A DNA stretch of 64,000 nucleotides from Candidatus Bathyarchaeia archaeon (GTDB lineage: Archaea; Thermoproteota; Bathyarchaeia; Bathyarchaeales; Bathycorpusculaceae), in the NCBI GenBank assembly GCA_049512075.1, contig JBEKXL010000010.1, positions 10,775-74,774 of the forward strand. The letters run 5' to 3'. The position numbers and the translations under genes were made by a program. The notes under the pieces were generated by a model. The model was given only the letters and a program-made list of their open reading frames with translations, made no database searches and was not told the DNA's origin. Of this stretch, positions 9,210 through 17,768 are shown in pieces; position 1 is the stretch's first letter, and every line of letters begins with the position of its first letter.

Positions 9210-10592
9210 ATGCGAGGTTTTGGAGACGATCAGATAACAAGGACGAAGAAAGCGAAAACTACTGTTCTCCAAGCTTTGGAAGACGGAGAATGGCATAGGT
9301 TCAATGAGATAGTTGAGATAACCAAAATGAGCCCTGCTACCGTTTCAAAATACCTCAAAGGCTTCAAGAAAGAAGTCGAGAAAAAAAGGGACCTGAGAAG
9401 TGGCAAATATCCGATCCCTGTATCCTACAAGTTGACAGACCTGGGCCAGAAAACATTGGCAGAAAGAAAAACGCTCGACCACATTGAAACACCAAACAAG
9501 ACCTTCTTTGAGGCTGAAAACAAAAACACTCTTCCTGAGATGCTGTTAGGGGCTCGACAAGATATTGCCCAGTTGATTCCTGTCAAGTCATGGTATGATT
9601 TGAGTCCAGAAGGCAAGGTATTCATTGACACTCTGTTAGTTTTTGATGAGGAACACAAAGAGAAAATGACAGCAATAGTGAACGAGTTGAAACAGAGAAA
9701 AGAATGGCCAGAGATTTATCTGGGAACCTTATGCTCAGAATTCGTTGACCTTTTTAAGAGCGTCATCAGAACTGCCGACAACACTGAAACTGCCAAACAA
9801 AGGGAAATGTGTGAGAAGACAGATCTAGTTCGAGTGCGAGACATGATATTGGAAGAAAAGAAGGCCTTGAATTTTGAGGCTACCTTACTGCTTCATTTCG
9901 ACGGCAAAAAAGTTGTTAAAGCAGTAAATTGGGAAAAGCTCTTGCAGAATGTCGAAAAAGGAGACAGCATAATGAACCAAGGGTATAACGAATACAAGGA
10001 AGCTATAAGCAAGCCAGGCCTTGGACGGAAAAGCTGGACAATCGAGACGGCAATCATCGACATAAGAAACACAGAAACAACTGAACTCCCGAACTTCTTA
10101 ACAAAGTCTCTTAAGGTTTCTCTCCCTGAAATAGAGAACATTAGAAAAGACCCCTGGAACGTTCTGAACAGTCCATCGAAGCTCAAAGAAGCCCTCGTAC
10201 AAAGGCTCACAGAACGCATTGCTGTCACGAAAGGATTCAACCACGATCAACATACATATTTGCCCCCATCTAAAGATGAGATCAGAGAGGCCAAGGCTGA
10301 AGTCAGAAAAACAATCGAGGAAATGCTCAAGGATGGAATAATAGAGATTGCCCCCCTTTACCTCTTCAAGCTGGACAAAGAAAAGGCTAAGGAAGCTCAG
10401 TCAAAAGCCCAAAAAAGTTATCCTTCTCCTTATGGCTCTTTTATAGCTCAGGCTTTCGGGTTGAATAGTGACTCTCAGGAAAAAGTCAATGATGACAACT
10501 GCAAGGGCAAGACTGACCGGTATCATCCAAGGGAACTGGCAAACCTTTCTTATGAAGGCAAAATCGACAAGGCTTCACAGAATCAACATTGA
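9210..10592 (+). CDS. Winged-helix DNA-binding protein with long C-terminal region
   Basis: VLQALEDGEWHRFNEIVEITKMSPATVSKYLK...YKLTDLG; divergent from the RHH gene. Confidence 0.7.
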   Translation: MRGFGDDQITRTKKAKTTVLQALEDGEWHRFNEIVEITKMSPATVSKYLKGFKKEVEKKRDLRSGKYPIPVSYKLTDLGQKTLAERKTLDHIETPNKTFFEAENKNTLPEMLLGARQDIAQLIPVKSWYDLSPEGKVFIDTLLVFDEEHKEKMTAIVNELKQRKEWPEIYLGTLCSEFVDLFKSVIRTADNTETAKQREMCEKTDLVRVRDMILEEKKALNFEATLLLHFDGKKVVKAVNWEKLLQNVEKGDSIMNQGYNEYKEAISKPGLGRKSWTIETAIIDIRNTETTELPNFLTKSLKVSLPEIENIRKDPWNVLNSPSKLKEALVQRLTERIAVTKGFNHDQHTYLPPSKDEIREAKAEVRKTIEEMLKDGIIEIAPLYLFKLDKEKAKEAQSKAQKSYPSPYGSFIAQAFGLNSDSQEKVNDDNCKGKTDRYHPRELANLSYEGKIDKASQNQH

Positions 10593-10838
10593 CACGCTGT
10601 GTCAATGAATCATCATTACTACGCTGTGGTAATGAAGACTTCAAAAAGTTTCTTATGCTTGAGAGAAAAGAAGGCCAAGTTTCTACAGTCTTCTTAACCT
10701 TCTGTTTCCCACCAAGCTCATCCGATATGCGTGTTAAACCAATTAAGAATAGGTATTAAGTAATAAAAGGTTTGCGGTCACAAACCTGTTCTGAGAGATT
10801 CTGAACTCGGTTTTCTTTTTTCTAATAAGGAGATATAC

Positions 10839-11135
10839 GTGTTAAACCAAAATCAACGTAGCGTCTTCTCCGATATGGAGCCAGTACCAAAAACTCAGTT
10901 TTTTAACCCTGAGAAGTTAGACCGTTGCGGCGGAAGCTGTGACCTACACGGAAACAATTTTGCCCTAGCCCTGAAAGTGTCGGCAGCTCAGAAATTGAAG
11001 GCGTACATCTTTCTTGTGGAAGCGTTTGACCTGGCGGTTGAACAAGGCAAGCTAGAAACAGCAAAAGGATTCTGGAATGAACTAGCCAAGTATGACACGG
11101 AAACCGTGAAGTCGCTGGAGAACCTAGTTCTATGA
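10839..11135 (+). CDS. Hypothetical protein
   Basis: AGGAG ribosome-binding site; ATGA overlap with the next gene. Confidence 0.55.
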   Translation: MLNQNQRSVFSDMEPVPKTQFFNPEKLDRCGGSCDLHGNNFALALKVSAAQKLKAYIFLVEAFDLAVEQGKLETAKGFWNELAKYDTETVKSLENLVL

Positions 11136-11842
11136 ATGAGCAAGTGGCACAGCGTGACACTTTCACCACTGAACCGCACAGCTACATAAAACGCGGAAAC
11201 AATACGGTTCGAGCTAGATGCATCGAGTTCATAGAAACCCTAGCCATCCAACAAACAAAAGAACTGCCAGTGGACGCTGCCAAACAACAGTTTCACAACA
11301 TCATAGACCACTGGGACCGCACAACCATGAAAGCCTATTTTGGAATACAACCACACACAACCACCGAGAAGATAGACCGTGACAAACAGTATAGCTCAGG
11401 AACAAACAGCCACGCCACTATAACACTGAGAAGAACCGCAAAGGAAGTTAAAGGATACCTAGAACTGTTGGGCCTAGTTCACTATGAGAAACGCGGTCAA
11501 GTCTATTTCATGGTTCTGGAAAATTGCCAAATCATACCTGAGGTTGTGAAAACCAGTAACACTGTTGCGTCCAATGATAATTTCTCTCTCACATCTAAAG
11601 CCATTCCTAAAAACGTCGTTGTGAACCCTATGGCTAGGTCCATGCAACTGGGTTCACACATTGCGGAAGAGGGTGAGAGAGAGGGGGGGAGGATCATAAT
11701 AGGAGAGAGAAATCGGTCGAGTGAAAGTGATTTACTTTCCACACCAACTAAGCTGACCCCTGAAGAATCCGCTATCCTCCACGCAAAGGTTCAGGGAGCT
11801 TGTGCCATAGTTAACGGAAACACAGCAACTAGGAGAGACTAA
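11132..11842 (+). CDS. Hypothetical protein, possibly DNA-binding
   Basis: 236-aa ORF; GYLELLGLV...RG wing-like segment. Confidence 0.6.
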   Translation: MNEQVAQRDTFTTEPHSYIKRGNNTVRARCIEFIETLAIQQTKELPVDAAKQQFHNIIDHWDRTTMKAYFGIQPHTTTEKIDRDKQYSSGTNSHATITLRRTAKEVKGYLELLGLVHYEKRGQVYFMVLENCQIIPEVVKTSNTVASNDNFSLTSKAIPKNVVVNPMARSMQLGSHIAEEGEREGGRIIIGERNRSSESDLLSTPTKLTPEESAILHAKVQGACAIVNGNTATRRD

Positions 11843-11864
11843 CACGGAAGAGTACCCAAAAGGC

Positions 11865-12323
11865 ATGATAGGCATACAAGCTCTCCTAGACGAATTGGCA
11901 GACCTTCGCGCACGATGTAAAGCCTTGGAGCTTCAGAATAAGATGCTGCGCGAGAGGGTTGAGCAACGGTTCCAGGCTACAGCTAAGGCTTTTGATCCTA
12001 GCGCGTTTGATAGTATGAGGGCTCTTATCGTGCAGATGTTCTTGAAGTTGGAGCCCACCGCTATGCTTACAATGGAGGAACTGAAGGACGAATTTGAAGT
12101 CAGGTATCCAAACATCAACAGTGCCAATATTCCCAGGCGCGTTTTTGAACTAAGTCAACCCGACGGAAAATTCGGCCATAAATTAGGACGAAAACAAGAC
12201 GGTGACGTTGTTCGATATTTCTTGTGGTTGCAGGAATCGGTGCAAGTTGTTTCTGGAATGTTAGAACAAAAGCAAGAAATAGCCCAAAACCTAGAAAAAG
12301 CTAGGCTCCAGACGCGCCCTTGA
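11865..12323 (+). CDS. Coiled-coil plus wHTH-like hypothetical protein
   Basis: N-terminal heptads; LTMEEL..EF...IPRRVFEL. Confidence 0.6.
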   Translation: MIGIQALLDELADLRARCKALELQNKMLRERVEQRFQATAKAFDPSAFDSMRALIVQMFLKLEPTAMLTMEELKDEFEVRYPNINSANIPRRVFELSQPDGKFGHKLGRKQDGDVVRYFLWLQESVQVVSGMLEQKQEIAQNLEKARLQTRP

Positions 12324-12843
12324 AAAGCCTAACAAATTGTTTCGGAGACAGAAGCAGGACCATAGCCGAAATTGCGATAAGAGAAGTCGCAACATACGTC
12401 AAAATAAACCACCATGAAGACCCGGCAAGGTCAACACTAAAAACCATGAAAAGCTGACGCCACAACGTTGCGCTCATGCCGTCAACAGATACGTTTTCCA
12501 AGGCCGCCGTACCCATAGGTATCAAAACATGACCACTCGTTGAAAGGTAGAGAGGGGGTTGCCAGAGGTCGAAGCATCCACTGAACGCCGCCCATGAAGC
12601 TAAACCGACTCGAAGCATGGCTCCCATCCTGTTCTGTTTGTAGAGGGCAAGAGAAACAATAGCGCCGAATATGACCGAGAGAAGGATAACCCACCCGAGA
12701 TTATAGAGCAAATAGGCAAAGGGGCTGTAAAGAGTCAAGAACCAAGATTGCGAACTCAGGTAAGGCACGATTAGGAAAGCCCAAAAGAAACCGAGAAACA
12801 ATAGACTCGCTACGGTTCCAAGTTCAGCGCGACGCGAAGGCAA
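12301..12843 (-). CDS. Membrane protein (about 4 TM)
   Basis: Several long hydrophobic segments. Confidence 0.65.
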   Translation of the reverse strand: MPSRRAELGTVASLLFLGFFWAFLIVPYLSSQSWFLTLYSPFAYLLYNLGWVILLSVIFGAIVSLALYKQNRMGAMLRVGLASWAAFSGCFDLWQPPLYLSTSGHVLIPMGTAALENVSVDGMSATLWRQLFMVFSVDLAGSSWWFILTYVATSLIAISAMVLLLSPKQFVRLFKGASGA

Positions 12844-12878
12844 CGTGACTCACAACAGAAAAAAGGGAAAAGAAGGGT

Positions 12879-13691
12879 CTAGTCTATTTCGACAACCTTG
12901 AAGCCCAGAGGCTCTAGTTCGCTGTTGATGTTGTGAACATATTCTAAGACTTGAGCATCAGCCTTGCTTCCCTCTCCACTCATCAATTCGCTCCGAGCTG
13001 CTTCAAAATCGCCAGATTCCTTAAGTTCGCCTTCCTCGGCTGTCTTTGCAGGAAGACCTGACTTAACTTCTTTTTCCGCATGAATCTCTTGAGCGCGTTC
13101 CAAAATCTCAGCCTTCGACGGAAGAGTGTGCTTCTTTTCCTTGGCCTCTTTAGACTCAGACACCTTCATTTCCAGCTTTTTAGCTTCCTCTTTCGGAACG
13201 ACCCTATACTTGCGAACAACCTTCTCTCTTGGTCCTTGAGTCTTTGCATTTTTGGTATCGACGCCCTTGAGGTCAGTGTGTGCCGTGTCTTTGATCCAAA
13301 TTTCCATAGGCACTTTTCGCTTGGCTGCTTTCGCTAAGTCTGCTGCTTGCGCTCGCTTACTCTTGTGGCTGAAAATCAAACGTCCATTAGGAGTATCAAC
13401 GCCGGGAAAGTCGAGCCTATTCGGACTGTGCAACCATGCTTCAAGATTCGTCGTTATCTCAGCAAGCTTCACACGGTCTATAGCCTGGCTTCTCTTGCTT
13501 CGTTGCGAGAAGGCCATTTCAGCAACTAGCTTATCGCTCTTATGAAAATCTACGTTCCTGTTGATTCCGGGGTATTTGTCGCCGTGGCCGTGACCGTTAC
13601 CGTGTAGCGCCCTAGAACCCGTAGGAAGAACTCTCCTAGACCTCAAATAGTATTCGGATGAACCATGCTTCTTTTGGTAACTCATTCTCAA
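12879..13691 (-). CDS. Basic hypothetical protein with a duplicated ~42-aa module
   Basis: FSQRSKRSQAID...W...LDFPGVDT and FSHKSKRAQAAD...W...DLKGVDT. Confidence 0.65.
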   Translation of the reverse strand: MRMSYQKKHGSSEYYLRSRRVLPTGSRALHGNGHGHGDKYPGINRNVDFHKSDKLVAEMAFSQRSKRSQAIDRVKLAEITTNLEAWLHSPNRLDFPGVDTPNGRLIFSHKSKRAQAADLAKAAKRKVPMEIWIKDTAHTDLKGVDTKNAKTQGPREKVVRKYRVVPKEEAKKLEMKVSESKEAKEKKHTLPSKAEILERAQEIHAEKEVKSGLPAKTAEEGELKESGDFEAARSELMSGEGSKADAQVLEYVHNINSELEPLGFKVVEID

Positions 13692-13712
13692 TCACTGATA
13701 GAAAAAAGCAGC

Positions 13713-13952
13713 TCAGGTTCTAGTGTCTATCAGAAGTTCAGAATCAAGCTTTTCCAAGCGTTTCGTTTCACGCTCGACGTCCAGTTTGATAACCCTGTAA
13801 ACTTCAGCTAAAGGATGATGATTCTTCAGAGTGCCCATGCCTTGAAGGACACGCTCTAGATCCTCAACCAAAACCCTTTTGCAGTTAAGACTCAAAACTG
13901 GAAGAATATCGCCTAGAGTCATGTTCTTCAAGGTTTCTTCTATTGTTACCAT
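13713..13952 (-). CDS. Hypothetical protein
   Basis: 79-aa ORF overlapping the upstream gene end. Confidence 0.5.
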   Translation of the reverse strand: MVTIEETLKNMTLGDILPVLSLNCKRVLVEDLERVLQGMGTLKNHHPLAEVYRVIKLDVERETKRLEKLDSELLIDTRT

Positions 13953-14377
13953 TCTTCTTCCTCTTCAGCGTCTTCGTCCTCAAAATCCTCTTCGTCGTCT
14001 TCTTCAGGTTCATCTTTTACTTCAACAAGGTTGTTTCCGAAGCCGGGCAAGTGAGGCTCAACCTTGAAGCCATCTTCATCTTCCTCTTCCTCTTCATCTG
14101 TGGGTTCTTCCTTTGAATCCTCTTTCTCATCGCTCTCTTCTACCTCAAGCTTCGGAGTACGTGGATGCCAAACCTCTTCCTCAGTCACAACACTCACAGT
14201 TTTCCTAATGGAATTAGTATTTTCCCCTTTAGGCGATATGTACGAAGCCATCAGCCGATCAAACACGTCCTGAATCTGTTCTCCCCGGTGCTTTGCCTCA
14301 GCTCTGAAGTTCGCCCACAAAAGCTTATTGAAGCTGACGCTTGTTACCTTCCTGTCTTCACTCGACAAGTCGCACAA
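13946..14377 (-). CDS. Protein with RHH-like N-terminus and very acidic tail
   Basis: KVTSVSFNKLLWANFR...VFDRLMASYI; D/E-rich C-terminal half. Confidence 0.55.
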   Translation of the reverse strand: MCDLSSEDRKVTSVSFNKLLWANFRAEAKHRGEQIQDVFDRLMASYISPKGENTNSIRKTVSVVTEEEVWHPRTPKLEVEESDEKEDSKEEPTDEEEEEDEDGFKVEPHLPGFGNNLVEVKDEPEEDDEEDFEDEDAEEEEEW

Positions 14378-14911
14378 CCTCTTAACAGAAAAATACTAAA
14401 GCCACACGTAGGTTTCCCATCAAATACTACTAGTAGAACACAGGTCCATACACCCCCACCCCAGCCATTATTTTACTATAATGCGTTCAAGAAAACTGGA
14501 AAATCGTGCGCGGGTAACTAATGACCCCCGATGTCACATCTGAAAGCATGGACTCCAGATGCCTTTTAATATAGATTAAAAATGAGCTATGAAGACTCAC
14601 CTAATAGTCACTCAGAAAAAAAAGGAAAGAAAAAATCCATTATTAGCGCCCAGTTTAGCCCATGAAACACGCTGACCGACCCTCTAACTCTTAAACGATA
14701 TGTGTGTACGTATGCCCCGCTAATCCCTCCCCCTACAATACTAAAGCTATATTATGACAGCGAAACAACGGAGAAGAGGAGAACGATAAGTATGAACATC
14801 GGGGGGCTCTCTCTTTCTCCATGCCCTTCCCTACCTTTTAATACCTGTTAAAAAGTTTCATCGAGAACAGTATATGTATCTGACGGAATTTTTTTGAAAG
14901 AATTTCGATGA

Positions 14912-15925
14912 TTAAAGACTCTTGATTGGGCTTTGAAGATATGAAGGCGTCAAACACGGCTCGCAACGCTTCCAGACGCGACGCCACTCTTCAGGACCGA
15001 TAGTCGTGTACGTGTTTTCCATCTTGGCCTTTCCTTTGGACCCATGCCCCATCAGCGCCTCGATGTCAGTTTCAGTTATTACACGTGCCATGTGAACAAC
15101 TGAGCGAAACCCGTGTCTAAGGCTGTGAGGACTACAAGGGTTAGTCTTGCCTTGCCACTTACCCATGAACTCAATAGCCCTAGTCTTAAAATAGGAGTCA
15201 ACGCTTTCGACGGACGTGTCGAACAACCTGGAATCAGGATAAAGAGTCTTGCCTTTTAAGTATTCCAAGAGAGCGTCAATCGTCCACTTGCCGCAGAAGG
15301 TCACGAATCGAACCCCAGTCTTAGAACGCCCAGCAAGTCGGAAGTCTAACAGAAGCGGAGACACCTTCCCCAGTTCCTTTTCAACATCTGCATAAGTCAA
15401 ACTCAAACAATCCGAAACCGATAGACCTGATTGAAACATCAGCCTTCCGAGAGCTTGATATGCGGGAAGCTTGAACAGAACCAAGAACCTTGCCACTTCG
15501 TCAGCGTCAGCCCATTCATGCGTGAGAACTTGCACATCGTCATTGGGCATACCAAGATAATCAAGCGTCAGAGAAACCTTGCGATACTTCGCATAACCCT
15601 GAATCGAAGCCAAATAGGTTCGCGTACTTTTGGGAGCCTTACCCGACATCACAAGACAAGTCTTAAATGAGCGAAGAAGAGGCGCTGCATAATCAACCTT
15701 CTCAGCAAGTGGCCTACGGTCATCATCATCCACCTTTTGTATGAAGCTGTCAACCGAACCCTCTCCCCGAGCGCATAGAAACTTAGCAAAGAAAGACAAG
15801 GCCGTTCTGTACGTCCGACTTGTGGAAGGCTTCACCAGGGTCAAGAACAACTCGGTCTTTTCTCCCAGTTCAGGAACTCCCTTAAACTCTAACGATAACG
15901 GTTCTGTTTGATTCTCCACTGTCAA
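14912..15925 (-). CDS. Tyrosine recombinase (Xer-like) with atypical first catalytic motif
   Basis: SAM-like N-terminus (STSRTY, KAPKSTRTYL), QSGLSVSD, RSKTG, PHSLRH, LMGH, NTY. Confidence 0.85.
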   Translation of the reverse strand: MTVENQTEPLSLEFKGVPELGEKTELFLTLVKPSTSRTYRTALSFFAKFLCARGEGSVDSFIQKVDDDDRRPLAEKVDYAAPLLRSFKTCLVMSGKAPKSTRTYLASIQGYAKYRKVSLTLDYLGMPNDDVQVLTHEWADADEVARFLVLFKLPAYQALGRLMFQSGLSVSDCLSLTYADVEKELGKVSPLLLDFRLAGRSKTGVRFVTFCGKWTIDALLEYLKGKTLYPDSRLFDTSVESVDSYFKTRAIEFMGKWQGKTNPCSPHSLRHGFRSVVHMARVITETDIEALMGHGSKGKAKMENTYTTIGPEEWRRVWKRCEPCLTPSYLQSPIKSL

Positions 15926-16242
15926 ACACCTACACTAGAAAAAAGCACTTAAAAGATAAGCGTCTTCCATGCCTCTTAAAACAACACGTATATATAGGTT
16001 ATTTTGTACCCCCCCACCAAATACTATAATTCTTACATACCCAGGCAAACAGAGAGTTTCAGAGAACACAGTATGTACGACCCCCCGCCTCGCAAACTCT
16101 ATCTATGGAGAAACAGCCAATTTTAATTCAAGTTAAAAATGCTACCTAGACCCAACAATACATAGTCTCGTTTTTTTCAAAAACAAAAACTTTCCCTATG
16201 TAGAAACATCATCGTTTAGACCGTTCCAAAGGATACACCCGG

Positions 16243-16734
16243 TCAATGAGACGCGGCATCGTCAGCTATCTCTTTAGCATACATGCGCCAAAACTTCATG
16301 TGCGATGGGCTTCTCCTTCTTTTCTTCTGGTACTCCTTGAGATTTATTTCGAAGGGTTTTTTGACGATGGTGCGCGGGTTCATGTTCTTTGGGTCACAAA
16401 GGTAGTCTCGACAGATCTCTGGTTTGGTGTCATGTATCCAGCATTCAAATTGGTTCTTACCATAAGCCTTCCTCAGAAAAGGACACAAGGAAAGCTCATC
16501 ACCATTCTGTGGACTGAACCACATTTCCATGTTTGCATCTTCCTTCAAGTAGTGAATGAGTTTCTCCGTATCATAAAGCAGCATATCGAAACAAGCATCA
16601 TCCCAAGCAAAACAGTACCACAAAATGTCAAACTTTATTTGCTCGACCCATCTCTTGATGTCTTCCACAGTGACATCATACAAATCTCCAAGCTGAACGC
16701 AGCAACTCCCGCATCTTTCACACTTTCGCTCCAT
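16243..16734 (-). CDS. YkgJ family (CxxCxxCC) zinc/iron-chelating protein
   Basis: CERCGSCC...CPFL...CWIHDTKPEICRDYLC. Confidence 0.85.
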   Translation of the reverse strand: MERKCERCGSCCVQLGDLYDVTVEDIKRWVEQIKFDILWYCFAWDDACFDMLLYDTEKLIHYLKEDANMEMWFSPQNGDELSLCPFLRKAYGKNQFECWIHDTKPEICRDYLCDPKNMNPRTIVKKPFEINLKEYQKKRRRSPSHMKFWRMYAKEIADDAASH

Positions 16735-16931
16735 GAATCCCTCTAAGGTTATTTGATTATTTAAGAAAAAAGAAGGGAAGGCTGAGTGGTTCAGTCTTCA
16801 GTATTTTCTGAACCTGAGATTTGAGTGGCCATGTCCGGCTTCTCAGTCTTGCCTTTAGGCTTGAACCCTCTCGGTTTCGCCCCGGTCGACGGCCGCGGTT
16901 GATCGTACTGCAGGTGCTTATCGCCACACAT

Positions 16932-17333
16932 TCAAATCAACCTCAATAGAAAAAAGCGAGCGTTCTCAACGCTTCCGTTTCTTGCTAGCCCCTCTGAAGT
17001 CAACAAAGCTAGACCATAGCCGAAAAGTGAAATGACAACTCCAACTGCCACAGCGATATATTGCGTGTAACGAGCAACTGAGACTAGACCTTGAAAGCCT
17101 CCTACTTGGTAGGCAAGGTTAAGCTCTTGCGAAGACCCGGTCAACTGTAGAATGTACCAGAGTGATTGCATGTCCAGAGGCAAGGTTTGAAAGAGAAGGT
17201 ATCCGAAGAGGCCTCCGAGAACTATTGTGGCTATGGTTCCGAGGATTCGGTTTCCTTTCCCATAAACGATAAAGGCTCCTAGGGACAGGCCGAGCGCGAA
17301 TGTTATGAGTACGTCAAGCATGAAGTCAATCAT
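16932..17333 (-). CDS. Membrane protein
   Basis: Three hydrophobic helices; start moved to MIDFML. Confidence 0.55.
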   Translation of the reverse strand: MIDFMLDVLITFALGLSLGAFIVYGKGNRILGTIATIVLGGLFGYLLFQTLPLDMQSLWYILQLTGSSQELNLAYQVGGFQGLVSVARYTQYIAVAVGVVISLFGYGLALLTSEGLARNGSVENARFFLLRLI

Positions 17334-17431
17334 TCTCCCGCGACCTCTAAAAGAAAAAAGGCAAGCGAGAGGGATCATTCCGCAGGGATCAGGCTCAGGT
17401 CGTGACAATTCAAATGATTGGACGGAAGACT

Positions 17432-17725
17432 TTACCTTTTTCTAGGAGCCCGGTTATCCTCTTGCGTGGTCCTCTCAACGCTGGAAGAAAAAAGGGAGTC
17501 TGTATCATTGAATGGAAACAGCAGAACGGTTGGACAGAAACCCACCATCACAGCCTCAAAGAAAACTATTGCGATGTAGACAAAGGGATTCGGCCCAACA
17601 ATGCCACCGCTTTTTTCCAACATGGCAGAAGGTAGAAAAGAAGCAAACTCGCATATTACCGCTATCGGACCACAAAGCAGAATCAACACATTAAAGGCTA
17701 TCACTACAAGGCTTTTCAGCTTCAT
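17432..17725 (-). CDS. Small 2-TM membrane protein
   Basis: Two hydrophobic segments; GAGGT ribosome-binding site. Confidence 0.5.
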   Translation of the reverse strand: MKLKSLVVIAFNVLILLCGPIAVICEFASFLPSAMLEKSGGIVGPNPFVYIAIVFFEAVMVGFCPTVLLFPFNDTDSLFSSSVERTTQEDNRAPRKR

Positions 17726-17768
17726 AACGAACCTCTAAAAGAAAAAAAGATACGATTCTTCGTTGCCT

